From Mycolicibacterium smegmatis (GTDB lineage: Bacteria > Actinomycetota > Actinomycetes > Mycobacteriales > Mycobacteriaceae), in NCBI RefSeq assembly GCF_001457595.1, contig NZ_LN831039.1, forward strand, positions 6,900,001-6,932,000: a DNA stretch of 32,000 bases. Reading direction: 5' to 3'. The notes below the pieces were generated by a model. The model saw nothing but the letters and a program-made list of their open reading frames with translations. It searched no databases and had not been told where the DNA came from. This document shows positions 25,582 to 32,000 of this stretch, one piece after another. The translations under genes and the position numbers were made by a program. Within the stretch, counting starts at the first letter, position 1; every line of letters starts with the position of its first letter.

Positions 25582-25603
25582 ATACGTTCGGCTCGAACTG
25601 TAT
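25582..25603. promoter_or_regulatory. Imperfect palindrome ATACGTTCG-GCT-CGAAC(T)GTAT upstream of the GntR gene
   Basis: Complementary 9-bp arms with a 1-nt bulge, directly upstream of the GntR start at 25567. Confidence 0.35.
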
Positions 25604-25749
25604 ACGGAAGATAGCCGACGTATTCAGTTTGCGGGTTACGTTTGCGAAAAATTGCTGTTGCATCCGTAAGTGCGGTTACGCTCTGGCGCGGTCGCGTGCC
25701 GTACCGCTCCGACCGAGACACCGGCCCGACGGCTCGGATTTGTCTGGGG

Positions 25750-26010
25750 CGTCGGTACTTCTTCGCTGCGTTGTCCAGCTACACCACCGCCCTGGCCGTC
25801 GAGCTGGCACCCATCCGCGTCAACGCGGTCGCGCCGGGCATGATCCGCACCCCGATGTGGGATGCGATGCCTGAAGCCGACCAAGAGCCTTGTACGACCG
25901 AGAAGTGCAACGAACTCCCGTGGCCATCGGCGAAGTAGACGACGCGGTACGCGCCTACGTCTACTGCATGGACCAGGCCTTCAGCAGCGGCGCTATTGGT
26001 CTGATGTGCC
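25750..26010 (+). pseudogene. Truncated, frameshifted C-terminal remnant of an SDR-family oxidoreductase
   Basis: SYTTALAVELAPIRVNAVAPGMIRTPMWDAMPEADQEP in one frame continues as LYDREVQRTPVAIGEVDDAVRAYVYCMDQAFSSG in another after ~25890. The N-terminal Rossmann half is absent. Confidence 0.75.
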
Positions 26011-26058
26011 ATCGAGGGACTGGACCCGGCAGACAACACGAAGAGCGTTGGCGCGCAG

Positions 26059-27018
26059 TTACTTCTTCGAGGATCGTGATGTTGCGTCTGTGCGTGCCGC
26101 CTTCGTGCGGCTGGGATTCGTGAGTTGAGATCGGACGTCGCTCGGCACGTACACGCCTCGGGTTTGAAGATCGCCGATGAATCGGGCGGTCAGCGGATCA
26201 GGCTTGGCGGGGGTTACGGCTACGAGCTTCCTGACCCATCGCGGCGAAAATGATCGGACTGCGCCTGGAAACCCTGCACCGACCGCGCTTACCGGGCAGA
26301 TCGCCACGCCAAGGCCGGCCGCGGCGAGCTGAGGCGCCGCAGCGCTCGCCGCTGTCCTCATCACTGTCTCTGTGTGAACCCCGGCGGCTGTCAGCGACCG
26401 GTCCAACCATCCGCCGAGGCCGTTCTCCGGTGTGAAGTGCACGATCTGCGCGCCTTGCAGATCCGGCATGCGCACGGTCGAACCACGGGTCAGCGGATGC
26501 CCCGACGCAGCCGCCAACACGATCTCTTCGTCGGCCACGAAAGTCGTCGCGAAGCGGTCAGGCACCGGCAGAGGCACCAGCGCCATGTCGATCTCGCCGG
26601 CGTCGACGAGATCGAGAAATGTTTCTATCGTGGCCGCCTCGCGCAAGGTGATCGCCACGTCCGGATGCCTGCGATGCCAGCGGCGGATGACAGGGGCGAG
26701 TAGTGGCACGGTCAGGCTTTGCGCGCAGGCCAGTCGCAGCGCTCCGCCTGCCGCCTCACCCACGGCACGTGCCGATCTCACGGCCGAAGCGGCCGCGTCG
26801 ATGGCCCGCCTGGCATCGGCGACGGCAGCTCGGCCCGCCGGTGTCAGCGTCACGCCCCGAGGTTCCCGGCGGAGCAGAACCGTCTGGGCCTCGCGTTCCA
26901 GCACGGCCAGCTGGTGTGAGACAGCGGGTTGCGACGAATGCAGCAGTCGAGCTGCTTGCGTGATCGATCCGCTGTTGGCGACCGCCACGAGACACTCCAA
27001 CGCCCGAAGAGACGGCAT
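26059..27018 (-). CDS. LysR family transcriptional regulator
   Basis: 319 aa. RALECLVAVANSGSITQAARLLHSSQPAVSHQLAVLEREAQTVLLRR HTH. Confidence 0.93.
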   Translation of the reverse strand: MPSLRALECLVAVANSGSITQAARLLHSSQPAVSHQLAVLEREAQTVLLRREPRGVTLTPAGRAAVADARRAIDAAASAVRSARAVGEAAGGALRLACAQSLTVPLLAPVIRRWHRRHPDVAITLREAATIETFLDLVDAGEIDMALVPLPVPDRFATTFVADEEIVLAAASGHPLTRGSTVRMPDLQGAQIVHFTPENGLGGWLDRSLTAAGVHTETVMRTAASAAAPQLAAAGLGVAICPVSAVGAGFPGAVRSFSPRWVRKLVAVTPAKPDPLTARFIGDLQTRGVYVPSDVRSQLTNPSRTKAARTDATSRSSKK

Positions 27019-27244
27019 CCATGAAATCTATATCGAGAACGGATTGCCGCATGCATTTCGATACGTGGTCCGAGCATCCAGAGGGCGCCGCGGCTTGGAA
27101 CTCTGCCCTCCAAGATTTGGATGATGAGGCTCCAGAACATCGATTCTTTCTGCGGAAGCCGACATCACCGCTGCGTGTTGGAAGGCGTATGCCAGCCGCA
27201 GACGGTGCTCCGTCGCACGGGACCATGATCGAGAGGGAATCAAG

Positions 27245-27787
27245 ATGAAGATCGTCACCATCGGACGCGGAATGATCGGCGGCGGCCTCGCTCGGTTGTG
27301 GCGGGACTCCGGACACGACGTGGACGAGCTCGGCCGTGACGGAGGGGATGCCTCCGACGCCGACGTCCTTCTCGTTGCGGTACCCGGCAATGAAATTTCG
27401 TCCGCTTTGGCGAAAGTCACCGGTTTGGACGGGAAGGTCGCCATCGACGCGACGAACATCATGCCCCAGCGCCACGGCGAATTCCCCTCGTATGCACACG
27501 AAGTCAAGTCCTTCACCCGCGGACCGGTCGCGAAGAGCTTCAACATGAACTTCGGAGATCTCTTCGACCGCGTGCGCGAACAGCGCGTGCGGCCCAGTAA
27601 CTGGTACGTCGCCGACGAGGACGCGCGCGGGGTCACCGAACAGCTCATCAGCGACGCCGGTTACGACCCGGCGCGCGTCGGAGATCTCTCCCGAGCTCGT
27701 GATTTCGAAGATGCGGTCTGGCTTCTCATGGGCGTGAAACCGCAAGGGGGCGTGTTCTATCGATTCGCCGTACCCGGCCAGCTCTGA
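27245..27787 (+). CDS. NADPH-dependent F420 reductase-like / NAD(P)-binding oxidoreductase
   Basis: 180 aa. MKIVTIGRGMIGGGLARLWRDSGHDV Rossmann start, ADVLLVAVPGNE, VAIDATNIM, KSFNMNFGDLF. Confidence 0.8.
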   Translation: MKIVTIGRGMIGGGLARLWRDSGHDVDELGRDGGDASDADVLLVAVPGNEISSALAKVTGLDGKVAIDATNIMPQRHGEFPSYAHEVKSFTRGPVAKSFNMNFGDLFDRVREQRVRPSNWYVADEDARGVTEQLISDAGYDPARVGDLSRARDFEDAVWLLMGVKPQGGVFYRFAVPGQL

Positions 27788-27852
27788 GACACAAACGGCG
27801 CCGCTGACTCAGCTCCCGTCGAATCCGAACTCATCAATCGAAGGATCGAATC

Positions 27853-28678
27853 ATGGCTCGTCCGATACGAATCGGCGTAACACTGCAGCCCGCCAACGCC
27901 CCCGACTACGCCACCTGGCGCAGTGCGGTGATCCATGCCGAAGAACTCGGCGCTGACCTGGTCTTCGGCTGGGATCACTTCCACCGACCCGAGATGGCCG
28001 AACTCAATCAGGGAGTCCCGGTGCTGGCCGAGGTGCAGCCCGACGTCACCAACTTCGAGGGTTGGACTGCATTGGCGTCCTGGGGGGGAGATCACTCACC
28101 GCGCCCAGATCGGGCTGCTGGTGACCGGGATGGGTTACCGCAACCCAGATCTGCTCGCCGACATGGCCCGCACCGCCGATCACATCAGCGGCGGACGCCT
28201 GGTGCTGGGCCTCGGCGCGGGCTGGTACGAGAAGGATTACACCACCTACGGATACGAATTCGGCACGTGGAAGACACGATTCGACTTGTTCGAGGCCGGG
28301 CTGGAACGCATCACGGCACGCTTCGACAAGCTCATCCCAACGCCCGTCCGCACGATACCCATCCTCATCGGCGGCACCGGCCCCAAGCGCACGTTGCCCT
28401 TGGTCGTTCGATACGCCGACATCTGGCACACCTTCCTCTCGGTCGAGGGCTTCACCGAGGCCACGGCCCGACTCGACGAGATGGCGGCCGCAGCAGGACG
28501 CGACGGGAACGACATCGAACGCTCGGTGCACTGGTTCGGCGTCGACAGTGCCGAGGACTACCGCGCTGCCGGCGCAACCATCTTCGTCCACGAGATCGCG
28601 CCCGATCCCGCCACCGGATACGACTTCACCACCCTCGAAGAGATGCTGACCTGGCGTGACCATCACAACGGCGGCTAG
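27853..28678 (+). pseudogene. LLM class (luciferase-like, probably F420-dependent) oxidoreductase, interrupted by a frameshift at a G tract
   Basis: N-terminal part in ORF 27853..28659 (RIGVTLQPANAPDYATWRSAVIHAEELGADLVFGWDHFHRP...[13 protein letters not shown]) continues in ORF 27935..28678 ([52 protein letters not shown]...). The switch is at TGGGGGGGAG near 28081-28090. Confidence 0.88.
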
Positions 28679-28722
28679 CGTGCGGCGCTGCCCACCTGCG
28701 CTGGGGTCTTCGAGCTCGTTTC

Positions 28723-29085
28723 TTATGAGGATGTCGGTACTTGTGGCGGCATCGGACGACCGTCGTCGTCAACAGGGGCGCCGGCCCATACTCGCAGCGC
28801 GTCCAGCGCCGGCCCCAATCCCCGCCCACGTTCGGTGAGCCGATAGGTCACGGTGATCGGCGGCCCAGGGTCGACATCCCGTTCGACCAGTCCGGCGTGT
28901 TGGAGTTCAACGAGTCGCTCGCTCAAGACGCGCTTGGACAGTCTCGGTAGGGCTGCGTCCAGCTCGTTGAAACGGGCTGGTCGCTGTAGAAGAAGGTCGA
29001 TGATCAGTCCGGTCCAGCGCTTGCCGAGGAGGCCGAAGACCTCTTCGGTGTACGAGCACGATCGCAGCGGGCTCGACTCGGTCAT
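28723..29085 (-). CDS. HxlR family transcriptional regulator
   Basis: 120 aa. CSYTEEVFGLLGKRWTGLIIDLLLQRPARFNELDAALPRLSKRVLSERLVELQHAGLVER. Confidence 0.93.
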   Translation of the reverse strand: MTESSPLRSCSYTEEVFGLLGKRWTGLIIDLLLQRPARFNELDAALPRLSKRVLSERLVELQHAGLVERDVDPGPPITVTYRLTERGRGLGPALDALRVWAGAPVDDDGRPMPPQVPTSS

Positions 29086-29178
29086 ACCTCAGATGATACG
29101 AGCCGCGCCGTCTCGATATCTGGTAGTAATAAGTAACTAGATTATTTTCTTGCAGCATCACAGCGGTGCTTATACAAC

Positions 29179-30444
29179 ATGCGAGGAGAGCGAAGCGTGC
29201 CTGAGTCGGTCCCTGCAAGCAGCGCTCACCAGCCCGCAACGTATGACCTGGTGATCCACCGCGCGCACGTGTTCGACGGGCACCAAGCGCACACCGGACT
29301 GCGTGATGTCGGCGTCAACGGCGGACAGATCGCCGACGTATCGGCAGAACCACTGCGGGGCGAGACAGAGGTGGACGCGGCCGAAGGCTGGGTCCTGCCG
29401 GGTCTGATCGACACCCACGTGCATTTTTACGATGTGGCTGCCGTGACCGATCCGGCTTCGATGCGGACGTTCGAGGAAAATGAACTGGCGGACCGGCTCA
29501 AATCCTTCCTGCGGCATGGGATTACCACGATAAAGTCCGTGGGCGATCCGACCGACGAAGTATTGAGAACGCGGTCGAGGATCGCTGCGGGAACGCTACG
29601 AGGCCCTCGATTCCTCGCAACGGGCTGCGGTATCACCGGTCGGGACGGACATCCCGCCTCCACGGTCTTCGCCAACAATCCGTGGGCGCGTCAACGCTTC
29701 ACCAGAGAAGTGGACAGTGCCGCGCAGATGCAGGATGTCGTCCACCACTTGGCCGACCGCAAGGTGGACGCAATCAAGCTCCTGTCTGAAGGCGCGTGCG
29801 CGTGCGCCACCTCGCCGGAATACCTCTGGCGCAATCCGGCATTTCCGACCGCTGTCGAACTCACACGACTGTCCCCCGAGTTGCTCAAGGCGGGCATCGA
29901 CACCGCCCACGAGCGAGGCCTCAGGGTCACTGTCCACACCACCCAGCAAGCCGCGGCGCGCGAAGCCATCGAGGCCGGTGCGGACGGCCTCGAACATGGT
30001 GTCACGGTTGAACCCATCACCGATCACGCGCTTGTCGATCTCATGGTCGAACGCGACACCACGTACACGCCCACACTCTGGATCGACGACGCGGCGCATC
30101 CCGACACCCGGGGCAACTTGAAGAAAGTCGCCGATGCGGGCGTCACCATCGTCATGGGCAGTGACACCTTCAGCGGCCGTGGCTTGTTCGGGGCGAATAC
30201 GTTGGAAGAAGCCGAACTGATGGTCGCAGCCGGGATGACGCCGCTCCAGTCCCTGGTCGCAGGAACCAGTGCTGCGGCACGCCAGTGCGTCCGCCCCGAT
30301 CTTGGCGCGGTGGCGCCCGGCAAGCGCGCCGACCTGGTGGTGCTGACCGCAGATCCCACTCGGGACATCGGCAACCTGCGCAACCTTGCCATGACAATTC
30401 TCGATGGTGAGATCGTCGTCGACAACCGCCAAGGCACGACCTAA
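29179..30444 (+). CDS. Amidohydrolase family protein (prolidase/imidazolonepropionase-like)
   Basis: 421 aa. GWVLPGLIDTHVHFYD, DAIKLLSEG, HTTQQAAAREAIEAGADGLEHG, IVMGSDTF, GAVAPGKRADLVVL. The true start may be internal (upstream ATG at 29179). Confidence 0.9.
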   Translation: MRGERSVPESVPASSAHQPATYDLVIHRAHVFDGHQAHTGLRDVGVNGGQIADVSAEPLRGETEVDAAEGWVLPGLIDTHVHFYDVAAVTDPASMRTFEENELADRLKSFLRHGITTIKSVGDPTDEVLRTRSRIAAGTLRGPRFLATGCGITGRDGHPASTVFANNPWARQRFTREVDSAAQMQDVVHHLADRKVDAIKLLSEGACACATSPEYLWRNPAFPTAVELTRLSPELLKAGIDTAHERGLRVTVHTTQQAAAREAIEAGADGLEHGVTVEPITDHALVDLMVERDTTYTPTLWIDDAAHPDTRGNLKKVADAGVTIVMGSDTFSGRGLFGANTLEEAELMVAAGMTPLQSLVAGTSAAARQCVRPDLGAVAPGKRADLVVLTADPTRDIGNLRNLAMTILDGEIVVDNRQGTT

Positions 30445-30464
30445 CTTTCGCAGGAAATGCACTC

Positions 30465-31334
30465 ATGAGGACGTGGTTCATCACCGGTATGAGCACCGGC
30501 TTCGGCCGCTTGCTGACCGAAAGGCTGCTTGCGGCAGGCGATCGCGCAGCCGGCACACTCCGCGATCTCTCATCCGCCGACGACCTGAAAGAACAGTTCG
30601 GCGATCGACTGTGGCTGGCACCCCTTGACCTGACCCATACCCACGAGATCCGGCCGACCGTCGACGCTGCCTGGGCTGCCATGCACCGTATCGACGTGCT
30701 GGTCAGCAACGCCGGCTACGGCCTGCTCGGCGCGGCCGAAGAGGTCACCGACGCACAGATCCGGCATCAGATCGACACCAATCTCCTCGGATCGATACAG
30801 CTCATACGGGCGGCCCTCCCCCACTTCCGTGCGCAGCACAGCGGCCGTATCCTCCAAATCTTAAGCCTAGGAGGACAAGTCACCATCCCTGGCAGCTCGC
30901 TTTATCATGCGACAAAGTGGGGAATCGAGGGATTCATGGAAGCAGTTGCACAAGAGGTGGCAGTATTCGGGATCAGCTGCACTATCGTCGAACCCGGCGC
31001 CGCCCGTACCGGGTTCCGTAACCGAAGCGCAGTCGTCGGACCACGCATCCCCGCCTACGACCGCTCGCCTTCACGGAGGATGAATGACATCCACGACGAC
31101 AAGTCGATCACCTCCCCTGGGGACCCGGTCAAGATGGTCGACGCCATGATTACCTCCGTGGAGCAAGATCCCGCCCCACTACGCCTGGCGCTGGGCAGCG
31201 ACAGCTACTCCTACATCAAGACGGCCCTCACCACCCGTCTGGCCCAACTCGAAGCCCAAAGAGGCCTGGCTCTCTCGACCGATGCTGCAGACCAAGGCAA
31301 CAGCCCGAACTGGTTTCAGTCAGACAACGGCTGA
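30465..31334 (+). CDS. SDR family oxidoreductase
   Basis: 289 aa. MRTWFITGMSTGFGRLLTERLL, VLVSNAGYG, LYHATKWGIEGFMEA. Confidence 0.92.
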   Translation: MRTWFITGMSTGFGRLLTERLLAAGDRAAGTLRDLSSADDLKEQFGDRLWLAPLDLTHTHEIRPTVDAAWAAMHRIDVLVSNAGYGLLGAAEEVTDAQIRHQIDTNLLGSIQLIRAALPHFRAQHSGRILQILSLGGQVTIPGSSLYHATKWGIEGFMEAVAQEVAVFGISCTIVEPGAARTGFRNRSAVVGPRIPAYDRSPSRRMNDIHDDKSITSPGDPVKMVDAMITSVEQDPAPLRLALGSDSYSYIKTALTTRLAQLEAQRGLALSTDAADQGNSPNWFQSDNG

Positions 31335-31389
31335 TGCGCGGACGGAAACCGGATAGCCGGCTCACTTGTCAAAGCCCAGGCGGTGTCGG

Positions 31390-32000
31390 ATGAACACATC
31401 TGGTAAACCACCACCCAACGGTGGCAACGCCGACAAGCTCGCCGAGCTACGCAACGCGATCCGTGGCATCGAAGCCGCCGAATCGACCTTCGGCGAGACA
31501 CGCCAGTCCACAACGGGCGACAACGGCACCACCGGACAAACTCATGCGCGCGGCACCTATGAGCCGATCACCTACCACGGCATGCCGGAAGGCCAGGACT
31601 GGATGCAGCGCCTGCCCGCTCGCTACAAGCACGGAGAGCGCGGATTCGACCGGCGCATCATGGAAGAACTCGCCGCCGTCGGCGTGCCGTGCTACACCCT
31701 CGGCGACCTGTCCAATCGCGTGCGGACGATCCCCCAAGGTATTCCCATCTTCATCGACTGGCTCACACACCTCGAAGACCGCATCCCCGGCGCCGATACA
31801 CCCCATCGTGAGGCGATCCGGGCAGGGCTGATCCGCAACCTCAATGACCCCGCAGCACGGGGAAACCCGGCCGCCATCAATGCCCTCGTCGTCCAACTGC
31901 GCCGACAGCCCCCGCTGCGCAGCGGACTGATCGGATACGCCACCGAGGCGCTCGCACACATCGCCACCAAACGCGACTGCCCCACGATCGTCGAACTCAT
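31390..32000 (+). CDS. Hypothetical protein, 5' portion only (runs off the window)
   Basis: Open frame from ATG 31390 read by hand: MNTSGKPPPNGGNADKLAELRNAIRGIEAAESTFGETRQSTTGDNGTTGQTHARGTYEPITYHGMPEGQDWMQRLPARYKHGERGFDRRIMEELAAVGVPCYTLGDLSNRVRTIPQGIPIFIDWLTHLEDRIPGADTPHREAIRAGLIRNLNDPAARGN... No family recognised. Confidence 0.65.
   Translation, partial: MNTSGKPPPNGGNADKLAELRNAIRGIEAAESTFGETRQSTTGDNGTTGQTHARGTYEPITYHGMPEGQDWMQRLPARYKHGERGFDRRIMEELAAVGVPCYTLGDLSNRVRTIPQGIPIFIDWLTHLEDRIPGADTPHREAIRAGLIRNLNDPAARGNPAAINALVVQLRRQPPLRSGLIGYATEALAHIATKRDCPTIVEL

Noticed and set aside
26756-27745. 329-aa minus-strand ORF spanning the LysR promoter and the F420-reductase-like gene
   Set aside because: No recognisable domain and overlaps two well-supported genes. 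Consistent with a GC-driven open frame.
1-32000. CRISPR arrays, tRNA/rRNA genes, insertion sequences, toxin-antitoxin or phage modules
   Set aside because: No direct-repeat/spacer periodicity, transposase/integrase-like protein or structural RNA signature was seen by eye. tRNAscan-SE, Infernal and ISfinder searches were not possible here and should be run to confirm.

Overview
This 32 kb high-GC window looks like an actinobacterial chromosome segment, probably Mycobacterium/Mycolicibacterium (inferred from composition and F420-enzyme content). It is densely packed with small-molecule catabolism and uptake genes. In order: (1) the 3' part of an MmgE/PrpD-family gene divergent from an IclR regulator. 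(2) A minus-strand group of cupin, SnoaL-like, SDR and epoxide hydrolase genes, divergent from a TetR + class II aldolase pair, with two long, near-identical palindromes in the divergent promoter. (3) An IclR regulator divergent from a five-gene dipeptide/oligopeptide-type ABC transporter, followed by creatininase, enolase-superfamily and class C beta-lactamase-like serine hydrolase genes. A ROK-family gene that appears to have lost its kinase motifs is inserted head-on in the middle of this run. (4) A minus-strand Liv-type ABC locus with a GntR/FCD regulator, a multi-module RidA protein, an aldehyde dehydrogenase and an enoyl-CoA hydratase-like gene, with strong hairpins between some genes. 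(5) A less orderly region with a truncated SDR remnant, a LysR regulator, an F420-reductase-like gene, an LLM-type (F420-dependent-like) gene broken at a G7 tract, an HxlR regulator, an amidohydrolase, an SDR and the start of an unrecognised protein. I saw no rRNA, tRNA, CRISPR array, prophage or intact mobile element. The best leads are the antisense pseudo-ROK gene inside the Opp locus, the apparent three-module RidA protein, the 13-bp intra-operon hairpin between livK- and livH-like genes, and the twin palindromes upstream of TetR.
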